The notes under the pieces: generated by a model
The model's input: the letters and a program-made list of their open reading frames with translations, nothing else
What the model was told of the DNA's origin: nothing
Databases searched by the model: none
In this document: in pieces, positions 9,701 to 16,094 of the stretch
Layout: every line of letters begins with the position of its first letter
Numbering within the stretch: the stretch's first letter is position 1
Program-made: the position numbers and the translations under genes
Source: Armatimonadota bacterium
Lineage (GTDB): Bacteria; Armatimonadota; UBA10988
Length of the DNA stretch: 28,032 bases
Direction: 5' to 3'
Assembly (NCBI GenBank): GCA_016235455.1
Contig: JACRKZ010000149.1
Span: forward strand, 1-28,032

Positions 9701-10219
9701 AACCTGGGCTTGGCGGCCATGGCGGTGGGCGATCTCGACACGGCCGAGGCGGCGCTGGCAGCGCTGGACACCGGGCTGCTGCAGCAGGTGCAGGGCTTCT
9801 GGGCTGCGCGCGCCGCCTGGCTGAGGTCGCGCGTGGCGTTGGGTCGTGGCGACTTGCTGGGCGCTGCCGACGCGTTGGCCAAGGCCGCCTCGGTCGTGGC
9901 CGGCCAGAACTCGACCTACGGCCACGAGTGGGCGCTGATCACCGCCGAGGTGCTGGCCGCCATCGGCGACCTGCCCGCCGCCGCGCGCTGCCTTGCGGCG
10001 GGCGCGCGCTGGCACGTGGAGCAGCATTGCCCGATCGTCCTGGAGCACCACGAGCCGGCCAGGGACCGGCTGCGCACCAGACTGGCGGAGGGCCTCAGCG
10101 GACCAGAGCAAGACGCGGCACGCGCCGAAGCCGAAGGATGGACCATGGCCAACCTCGCGTCGGTCATGGCCACGCTGCACCGACAGGTGGCGCGCGTTGG
10201 GCCCGGCGGGAAGGCCTAG
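6755..10219 (+). CDS. AfsR/SARP-type transcriptional regulator: wHTH + BTAD + degenerate class III cyclase-like domain + STAND NTPase + TPR-like repeats
   Basis: N-terminal wHTH (LAYLAYHAGQPQAREVLVEQLWP...LNVAISSLRR), BTAD (TDVAEF, GPLLPG, DPLREE), Walker A GPGGAGKTRL (~8117-8146), Walker B LLVLDNFEQ, VTSRRRL, LCRRLEGWPLAIELAA, and a helical C-terminus. Confidence 0.9.
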   Translation: MAVLWRVRMLGGLVVEGMGQTIGRFHTQQAAGALAYLAYHAGQPQAREVLVEQLWPGVAPAKGRDRLNVAISSLRRQFEPAGVPRGSVIQGDRHSLALSADQVSTDVAEFRAAVGAARRGSSAEQTRPLLETALALCQGPLLPGHYQDWIGPEQELLTDLLVDAARRLTSLEIAQRRPRAALEVAQRAVAADPLREECHALVLRAAAALGDSALARRHYDGVVELFRREMGCAPSATLAQLARAVDGVLSASVPDLVVPHRAERTAASHGNTTYLGVLGPARQSLSELAQAHRGVVVSSAGGAAVLGFAAAHDGWRCAQALLAEPVLLGLVSADVAGAGDGEKAVGLAERMADAGHAGLVLADLSSVSLLRGQPGGDVFIHEQGQFRLAMSRPAEPLFWLSDTAREPRAYPPPSAESAAEAHLPPSLSGFFGREVEVEAVTKLLAGAPCVVNITGPGGAGKTRLSLEVARAWTAAECRPSWFVPLAALRDAALLPRAILGVLRGGQADAADPLGQAVYRLTREPGLLVLDNFEQLPDAAAQLLATLSARVPSLRCLVTSRRRLGLDGERDYPLPLLGTPTDVADTADVTALGRVSSVAMFVDRARTVQPTFRLDGRNAQPVAELCRRLEGWPLAIELAAPLVQTMPAAALLTRFDEHLDWRATRRSGLPDRQRTLRATLEWSLALLPAPVRVFCEALCVFAGPFTSGEAQAVLDEPLAELYLAHLRDCSLVERTELGQEVGFVLRTPVRELMAQAVEPSALDPLRACCARYFGALADGCPERGATTDALGAWLDRADQRLVELRLALEWGLEHDLLWALDRACALVPLWELRGHAEEGLAWLTALRSAALSAGWRLTGHAAFAAARLTVLVRPYPQARPLLAEAVDLLSKGDDTGTLIGAIYYQTFNFLLGRDLAGLEDCARRLKVITDSGGPPSAWAAAAAVEAARLIAVGKSASSLKHLCTAAELCAEVGDLAGVVAHRVNLGLAAMAVGDLDTAEAALAALDTGLLQQVQGFWAARAAWLRSRVALGRGDLLGAADALAKAASVVAGQNSTYGHEWALITAEVLAAIGDLPAAARCLAAGARWHVEQHCPIVLEHHEPARDRLRTRLAEGLSGPEQDAARAEAEGWTMANLASVMATLHRQVARVGPGGKA

Positions 10220-10222
10220 GCC

Positions 10223-10969
10223 ATGCGCCGCACACTGCTCTGGCTCCTGGCGTTGCTGTCGATCGGCCTGGTCGCCGCCGGCGGCCTGGCCCTGTGGCCG
10301 CGCCGCGCGCCGGGCGCGCCGCCCCGGCCGATGCGCTGGCCGTCGCTGATCTCGGAGACCGAGGCGCGCCGTCGGTTCCTTGCGGAACATCCCGGCGCCA
10401 GGCCGCTCAACTGGGCCATTGGCGATGCCGCGCTGCGCTTCCACGACACCCAGCCCATGGGCGCCTTCGTGCTGGGCCTGGGCGAACCGGGCAACGACTG
10501 CTCGGACTTCGTGGCCTGCTGCATCGACGAGGGGTTGGGCGTGCGCGCCCGCTTTCGGCGCGACTCGCAGCAGCATCTGCTGGGCGAGCGACAGGACCTC
10601 TTCGAGTACTCCTGGTGGCAGCCCCAGGACGATGTGCAGCCGGGCGACGTGCTGAGCGTGCGCCACTCACCGTGGTACGAGCCCTACGACGGCGCCTGTT
10701 GGCACTGCGGCATCGTGGGCAGCGACGGCTACGTCTACGACTTCTCCAAGCTGCGGCGCTGGAGCAGCCCGCGCTATGGCCGGCATACGGTCGACGAGTT
10801 CACCAAGCACTCGCGCGGCGAGCATCAGGTGCTGCTGCAGCGGCTGCACTACCTCTATCGCTATCGCCTGCGGCCGCTGCCGGGGGTCAGCAGTGCACCC
10901 GGCCCGCCAGCGACCGGCCGGCGGCCAGCGCCTGCTCGGCCGTCGCGCGGTTCAGGCCAAGAAGGTTGA
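10223..10969 (+). CDS. Membrane-anchored NlpC/P60-superfamily (papain-like Cys/His) amidase/peptidase-like protein
   Basis: N-terminal hydrophobic helix, then DCSDFV (catalytic Cys), QPGDVL and WHCGIV (catalytic His) in NlpC/P60 order. Starts 3 nt after the regulator's stop codon. Confidence 0.7.
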   Translation: MRRTLLWLLALLSIGLVAAGGLALWPRRAPGAPPRPMRWPSLISETEARRRFLAEHPGARPLNWAIGDAALRFHDTQPMGAFVLGLGEPGNDCSDFVACCIDEGLGVRARFRRDSQQHLLGERQDLFEYSWWQPQDDVQPGDVLSVRHSPWYEPYDGACWHCGIVGSDGYVYDFSKLRRWSSPRYGRHTVDEFTKHSRGEHQVLLQRLHYLYRYRLRPLPGVSSAPGPPATGRRPAPARPSRGSGQEG

Positions 10970-11936
10970 TGCCGCGATCGACCGTGTGAGCGTAGATGCG
11001 CTCCATGTCGTTGTACTCGGGCTGTGACAGGTTCACCGCATGCACGCCGCGCATGGCCGGCAGCCGGTCGATGTAGTGGTCGCCGCGCCCGCAGAAGTGG
11101 ATGGCGCCGCCGCCGAAGGCGTCTAGCAGGCGCTGATCGTAGGGCGCGATGAACTCGTCGAACTGCGCGGGCGACAGGTTCATGGCCGAGTCGTCGCGGA
11201 TCATCACCCGGCCGCCGTGGTAGTAGCCCCAATGGCTGTTGCCGGGCTGCTCCCAGGGCACCAACTGCTGCCAGCGGCCCAGGAACGCGGTGTAGGTCTC
11301 GCAGATCAGGTCCAGGAACGCCTTGACCAGGTCGGGCTCGTCGTACAGCGCGTAGAACACCTCGCTGCCCCAGACCACTTCGCAGACGTCCATCGGGCCT
11401 TGGGTGTCGGGATGGTAGAGATGCACATGGCGGCCCAGCCGCGGGTAGGCAGCCAGAATGTCGACGAAGCGCCGGCCCATCTCGAACACGCGCGCGCCAT
11501 AGCCCGTGTCCAGGTCGGGCACGCCGGCTTCCACCAACCGCGCGATGGCCGCCGAGTCGTGCAGCGGGCGCGAGGTGGGCAGCGTGTTCATGGCGTCGGC
11601 CATGACGAACGGCTCCACGCCGAACAGCAGCGGCACGATGCTCGACCCGTAGTTGCAGCGCACGTTGAGCAGCAAGCCGCTGCCCGCGGCCAGTTGCGCC
11701 GAGCAGCCGGCGAACTGCTGTAGCGCCATCTGGTCAAAGTCCTCCAGCGCGGCGTTGACGCCGACGCTGGGCCAGGCCACGCCCGGCGGGCAGGCGTGGT
11801 CGCGGCGGGGTGAGAACAGGTCGCCGTCGAACGAGCCGGCAGCGAAAGCCTGCCAGGCCTCGAGCAGGGCCGACTCCGTGCCCTCATCGAGGCGTGACTC
11901 GAGGTCGTCGAGGCAGGAAGCGAGTGTTTCGTTCAT
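10887..11936 (-). CDS. Uroporphyrinogen decarboxylase (URO-D)/MtaA-like TIM-barrel family protein
   Basis: DTQGPMDVCEVVWGSEVFYALYDEPDLVKAFLD, IRDDSAMNLSPAQFDEFIAPYD and IHFCG are typical of URO-D-like/cobamide methyltransferase-like proteins. AAGGA RBS upstream. Confidence 0.8.
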   Translation of the reverse strand: MNETLASCLDDLESRLDEGTESALLEAWQAFAAGSFDGDLFSPRRDHACPPGVAWPSVGVNAALEDFDQMALQQFAGCSAQLAAGSGLLLNVRCNYGSSIVPLLFGVEPFVMADAMNTLPTSRPLHDSAAIARLVEAGVPDLDTGYGARVFEMGRRFVDILAAYPRLGRHVHLYHPDTQGPMDVCEVVWGSEVFYALYDEPDLVKAFLDLICETYTAFLGRWQQLVPWEQPGNSHWGYYHGGRVMIRDDSAMNLSPAQFDEFIAPYDQRLLDAFGGGAIHFCGRGDHYIDRLPAMRGVHAVNLSQPEYNDMERIYAHTVDRGINLLGLNRATAEQALAAGRSLAGRVHC

Positions 11937-11957
11937 CGGGCCGGGTTCCTTAGTCGC

Positions 11958-13598
11958 CTAGTCTTCGTCGGCCTGCCCGGCGCTCAGGCCGGGGTAGTGC
12001 ACCCGCAGGCAATCGGGGCAGACGCCGTGCGTGAACGCGGTCTTGGCGTGCTCGGCGAAGTACTCGTCGATCTGCTGCCAGAGTCCTTCGTCGTCGCGGA
12101 TCTTCTTGCAGTGGCAGCAGATGGGGAACAGGCGCCGCAGCGTGCGCACCTCTTCCAGCGCGGTCTCCAGACCGGCCTGGAGCACCTTCTGCGGGCTCAG
12201 GTCGAGGAACGCGGCGAAGACGGCGCTCTGACCTTCGAACTCCCAGTGACGCGAACTGACCAGGGCCCAGAACGTCGTGCCATCGAGCCGGCGCAGGAGC
12301 AGTTCCGTCTCCGCCACGCGATCGCGGCCGGTCGAGCGATCGGCGAGCGTCTCGGCGCTGGCCGAGTCGGCGAAGAAGTGATCGGCGGACATGCCGGGCA
12401 TGGTGTCGGGTGCCGCGCCGGCCAGTTCGGCGGCGCGGTCATTGGCATAGAGCACACGGCGCTCACCGCTGCTGGTGATGATGACCGGCACTGGCGCGGC
12501 GTCGAGCATGGCGCGCTGCGCCGCCTCCGAGCGCGTCAGCCGCCGACTGAGCCGCGCGAAACGCAGCGCCACGGCGGTGATCAGCGCGAGCGCCAGCAGG
12601 GCCGCTACGAGCATCCAGCCGAACCAGGCCGGCAGATGCCGGATTGCCGCCGGCCGGTAGAGCAGCGCCGTCAGGTCAGGTTGTTGGGGCAGCAGCCCGA
12701 GTTCGGTGTAGACCTGGGTGATGTGTTGCCAGCGGCCGGTATACATGTAGCCCAGATCGACGACGTCGGGCATCACCAGGCGGCGCGTCTCGCGCGCCTC
12801 GTAGGCCAGTTGCTCACGCGTCTTGCGCTGGCTGTAGCGCGACAGGATCAGGTCGATGGCTTCGGTGGGTCGGGCCAGTGCCTCGCGCCAGCCGCGCAGG
12901 CTGGCCTCGCGGAAGCGCGCCACCTGGTCGGGATGCCGGCGGATCTCGTGGGCCGAGGTGAACAGGTTGTCGCCATACAGATCGACGCCACTGACTCGCG
13001 CATCGAGCAGCACATAGGGCAGCTTCCGCTGCTCGGCCTCGAACGGCTCGTCGGTGATGTAGACCGCCTGCGCATCGACCTTGCCGCTGAGCAGGGCATC
13101 GAGCCCGAACTCGGTGGGCACGGAGACCAGGCGATCGAGCGTCACGCCCTCGCGCTGCAGCATGGCGCGCAGCTCGACGCCCTCGTTGACCGGGCCGAGC
13201 ATGACGCGCTTGCCCACCAGATCCTGCGGCGAGCGGATGCCGCGATCGCGCCGGGCCATGAGCACCAGTGGCGAATGCTGGTAGATCACGGCCAGCACCA
13301 CCACGGGCTGGCCTTTGGCTCGCTCCACCACCAGTTCGGTGTTGCCGACGCCATACTGCGCTCGGCCGCTGATCACCTCGGTCAGCGGGTCGTGCTGCTC
13401 ATCGGCCTCCACGAGTCGCACGTCGAGGCCGGCGTCGCGATAGTAGCCACGCGCCTGGGCCATGTAGTAGCCGGCGAACTGGAACTGATGCTTCCACTTG
13501 AGCTGCAGAGTCACCGGTACCAGCGGGTCAGCGCTGGCCGTCGTCGCCCCGAGGGCGACACACAAAGCTGCCAGCCTGACGCTCCGCCAGCCTTTCAG
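11958..13598 (-). CDS. Membrane sensor: NMT1/THI5-like periplasmic binding domain + TM + PAS + C-terminal Cys/His motif domain
   Basis: VTLQLKWKHQFQFAGYYMA (NMT1-like sensor), TM WFGWMLVAALLALALITAVAL, PAS (LDAAPVPVII...YANDRAAEL...ETELLLRRLDGTTFWALVS) and C-terminal PICCHCKKIRDD..W...HGVCPDC. Start is uncertain: TTG at 13565 or CTG at 13598. Confidence 0.85.
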   Translation of the reverse strand: MKGWRSVRLAALCVALGATTASADPLVPVTLQLKWKHQFQFAGYYMAQARGYYRDAGLDVRLVEADEQHDPLTEVISGRAQYGVGNTELVVERAKGQPVVVLAVIYQHSPLVLMARRDRGIRSPQDLVGKRVMLGPVNEGVELRAMLQREGVTLDRLVSVPTEFGLDALLSGKVDAQAVYITDEPFEAEQRKLPYVLLDARVSGVDLYGDNLFTSAHEIRRHPDQVARFREASLRGWREALARPTEAIDLILSRYSQRKTREQLAYEARETRRLVMPDVVDLGYMYTGRWQHITQVYTELGLLPQQPDLTALLYRPAAIRHLPAWFGWMLVAALLALALITAVALRFARLSRRLTRSEAAQRAMLDAAPVPVIITSSGERRVLYANDRAAELAGAAPDTMPGMSADHFFADSASAETLADRSTGRDRVAETELLLRRLDGTTFWALVSSRHWEFEGQSAVFAAFLDLSPQKVLQAGLETALEEVRTLRRLFPICCHCKKIRDDEGLWQQIDEYFAEHAKTAFTHGVCPDCLRVHYPGLSAGQADED

Positions 13599-13690
13599 TG
13601 TCCTGCTCCCAAAGGTGTATCGCCCGCCTTGACGCCGGTCTGTACGCGGCGGTGGGCGAATGTGAACGCAGTGTCACCCGGCCGGGCGGC

Positions 13691-15130
13691 TCAGACGCGC
13701 TGCCCGGTGAGCGCTGGCCAACTGGTTGGCCCGAAGCTGTAGTCCAGCGTCTGCTCGACGGTCACGCGGTCGCCGTCGAACCGCGCGGTGACGGTCGCCG
13801 TGGCCGGCGTGTTGTAGGCGCAGATCGCCACCCGCAGTGTGTCGTCGGCCAGCCAGGCGGCCGAGGCGGCCACTTTCTGCGGGGTCGGCCCGTGCCACAG
13901 GCTCAGCCCCTCGCGCCAGCCACCGTCCCAGGCGAAGGCCGTGTCACGCACACCGTCCGCGCCCTCGATGATCAGCCGTCGCCCGGCCAGGTCGAAGCGC
14001 ACGCCAGCCACGCCCAGCTCGTTGGCGTCCAGTTGCCAGGTACAGCCGTCGACCGCGGCGGCCAGCGGCGAGGTGGCCTGACCGGTCGGCGCCGGCAGCC
14101 GCAGGCTCGCCAGTCGCTCGCTCAGGCGCTGTTGCGCGGCGCGGTCTTCGCTGAGTGGGGCGCCGCTCAGAGCGGGCAGCAGATGGTCCCACAGGCAGTT
14201 GAGCAGGCCCTGGAAGTCGGCCAGCCCGGCGGTCATGGCCACCACGCACTCGCTCTCGGGCAGCACCAGGCAGAGCTGACCAAACGCGCCGTCGCCGCGG
14301 AAGGCGTCGTGCCGGCAGCGCCAGAACTGGAAGCCGTAGCCCTGCGCCCAGTCGCTCTGGGCGTCGGTGCCGTTGCTGATGTGGCGGCGCGTGGCCTCGG
14401 CCACCCAGCCCGCGGGCAGCACGCGCCGGCCTTGCCACAGGCCGTCGCTCAGGTAGAGCTGGCCGAACCGCGCGATGTCCTCGGTGGTGACATTGAGGCC
14501 CCAGCCGCCGGTGTTGATCCCGCGCGGGCACTCTTCCCACACCGGCGGCGCGATGCCCAACGGCTCGAACAGCCGCGGCCGCAGGTAATCGACGATCTTC
14601 TGGCCGGTGACCCGCTGCACCAGCGCCGAGACCATGTAGGTCGCGCCGCTGTTGTACAGGAAGAACGTGCCAGGCACATACGTCACCGGGCAGTTCAGGA
14701 AGATCCTGGCCCAGTTCTGCTCCTGCCCACGCATGATGTGGCTGAGCGTGTCTTCGCTGTGGCCGGTGCTCATGGACAGCAGGTGCCGCACGCGCATGGC
14801 GGCCAGATTGGCGCTGATGTCGTCGGGCAGGTCGTCGGGGAAGAACGAGGTGACGTAATCGTCCAGCGACAGGAGCCCCTCGGCCACGGCGAAGCCGGCC
14901 GCCGTGGAGCAGAAGCTCTTGGACAGCGAATAGAGCATGTGCGGCTCGTCGGCGCGATAGGGCGCCCACCAGCCCTCGGCCAGCACCTGGCCGCGGCGCA
15001 GCACCATCAGGCTGTGAACGTTGGGGCAGCGCGCCTCAAGCGCGTCGATCAGGCCCAGCAACGCGCTGGAGCTGATGCCTTGGGACTCGGGGCTGGTGCG
15101 GAGCAGGGGAGTTACGGCGGACTGCGACAT
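13691..15130 (-). CDS. Serine hydrolase, beta-lactamase (class C-like) family
   Basis: SxxK (YSLSKSF), FLYNSG, RHLLSMSTG, YLRPRLFEPLGI and RGDGAFGQ. AGGAGG RBS at 15139-15144. No signal peptide. Confidence 0.9.
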   Translation of the reverse strand: MSQSAVTPLLRTSPESQGISSSALLGLIDALEARCPNVHSLMVLRRGQVLAEGWWAPYRADEPHMLYSLSKSFCSTAAGFAVAEGLLSLDDYVTSFFPDDLPDDISANLAAMRVRHLLSMSTGHSEDTLSHIMRGQEQNWARIFLNCPVTYVPGTFFLYNSGATYMVSALVQRVTGQKIVDYLRPRLFEPLGIAPPVWEECPRGINTGGWGLNVTTEDIARFGQLYLSDGLWQGRRVLPAGWVAEATRRHISNGTDAQSDWAQGYGFQFWRCRHDAFRGDGAFGQLCLVLPESECVVAMTAGLADFQGLLNCLWDHLLPALSGAPLSEDRAAQQRLSERLASLRLPAPTGQATSPLAAAVDGCTWQLDANELGVAGVRFDLAGRRLIIEGADGVRDTAFAWDGGWREGLSLWHGPTPQKVAASAAWLADDTLRVAICAYNTPATATVTARFDGDRVTVEQTLDYSFGPTSWPALTGQRV

Positions 15131-15161
15131 CGTCTGGGCCTCCTGGCGGGCGATGGGTGAC

Positions 15162-15170
15162 AGGGTACCA
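15162..15170 (-). promoter_or_regulatory. Extended -10 element (TGGTACCCT) for the serine hydrolase gene
   Basis: TGnTAnnnT pattern about 30 nt upstream of the ATG at 15130. Confidence 0.45.
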
Positions 15171-15190
15171 CTAATGCGTGGCGAAGTTCG

Positions 15191-15221
15191 TTGACGACGT
15201 GGGCGCGCCGTCGTCTATACA
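15191..15221 (+). promoter_or_regulatory. Putative toxin promoter with an overlapping palindromic operator
   Basis: TTGACG (15191-15196) and TATACA (15216-15221), with a suboptimal 19-nt spacer. Inverted repeat GACGACG-N9-CGTCGTC at 15193-15215. Confidence 0.45.
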
Positions 15222-15286
15222 ACGCATGCAGGGAGCACGCGGTAGTCTTGGCTGCGCTGCTCGCCAATCCTGCCAGGAGGTAGCTG

Positions 15287-15610
15287 ATGTTGGCGATCGA
15301 GGTGTTGCCCGAAGCGAAGTTGGAGTGGGATGCCCTGCCACCACGGGAGATCGCCGCGATGGGCAACGCCATACTCAAGCTGCAAGCTGCTGGCGACCAG
15401 CTTGGTTACCCCCACAGCAGCGCCGTCTTGGGCCTACCGGAGCCGCTTCGCGAGCTGCGTCCGAGGCAAGGCAGCAGCCCGTACCGGGCGTTCTATTGTC
15501 GGTGCGGCCACACGATCGTCGTCTCGGCGATTGGCCCTGAGGCAAAGCGAGACCCCAATGGGTTCGATCGCGCCGTGGCTCGCGCGCTGGATCGACTGTC
15601 GCAGCGCTGA
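15287..15610 (+). CDS. Type II toxin, RelE/ParE superfamily (Gp49/HigB-like)
   Basis: 107 aa. LGYPHSSAV...LRELRPRQGSSPYRAFY is typical of Gp49-like RelE-fold toxins. AGGAGG RBS at 15275-15280. Confidence 0.85.
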   Translation: MLAIEVLPEAKLEWDALPPREIAAMGNAILKLQAAGDQLGYPHSSAVLGLPEPLRELRPRQGSSPYRAFYCRCGHTIVVSAIGPEAKRDPNGFDRAVARALDRLSQR

Positions 15611-15617
15611 CCGGGCC

Positions 15618-15926
15618 TCATGCGGCCTCGCTGACGCGAAGGTCGCGGCCCTGAAGAACCACGTGTAGCTCTATGCCCAGTTCGCTCGACAGGCGCATCA
15701 GGGTGGATAGCTTGGGCTCAATGTCGCCGCGCTCCAGGCGCGCAATCGCCGCTTGTGACATACCCAGCTTCTTGGCCAGCCCGCGTTGCGTCAGTTCATG
15801 GCGGGCGCGATAGCCCACGAGCCATATCGACACAGCGCTGGCGACGGCGGTACGTTCGTACTCCGCTCTGACCTCCGGCCTCTGCATCTGCTCGGCGATG
15901 ATCTCGTCCAGTGAATATGCCCGCAT
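15618..15926 (-). CDS. XRE-family HTH protein, HigA-like antitoxin
   Basis: 102 aa. N-terminal LDEIIAEQMQRPEVRAEYER, then the HTH YRARHELTQRGLAKKLGMSQAAIARLERGDIEPKLSTLMRLS. Confidence 0.88.
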   Translation of the reverse strand: MRAYSLDEIIAEQMQRPEVRAEYERTAVASAVSIWLVGYRARHELTQRGLAKKLGMSQAAIARLERGDIEPKLSTLMRLSSELGIELHVVLQGRDLRVSEAA

Positions 15927-15947
15927 GGCTACTGCCCCGTAGTCGCT

Positions 15948-15976
15948 ATGATAACGTCCATGTAGTCAGGATGCAA
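15948..15976 (-). promoter_or_regulatory. Sigma70-type promoter for the HTH antitoxin gene
   Basis: Minus strand TTGCAT-17 nt-TATCAT, ending 21 nt upstream of the ATG at 15926. Confidence 0.7.
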
Positions 15977-16094
15977 CGCCGCCGCCGCGAGCGGCGTGAC
16001 TTGTCGGAAGTGTCCGGCCAGTTTGCCACGCCGGAGACGTCAGGCGGCGATCGGCCCAGCAACAAGACCAGACGCACGCCCGCCGAGCCGGCGG

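Noticed and set aside
10887-11936. hemE (true uroporphyrinogen decarboxylase)
   Set aside because: It lacks the N-terminal PxWxMRQAGR signature of HemE.
13691-15130. Antibiotic-resistance beta-lactamase
   Set aside because: It has no signal peptide and resembles the broad cytoplasmic serine hydrolase/esterase group. Resistance cannot be inferred.
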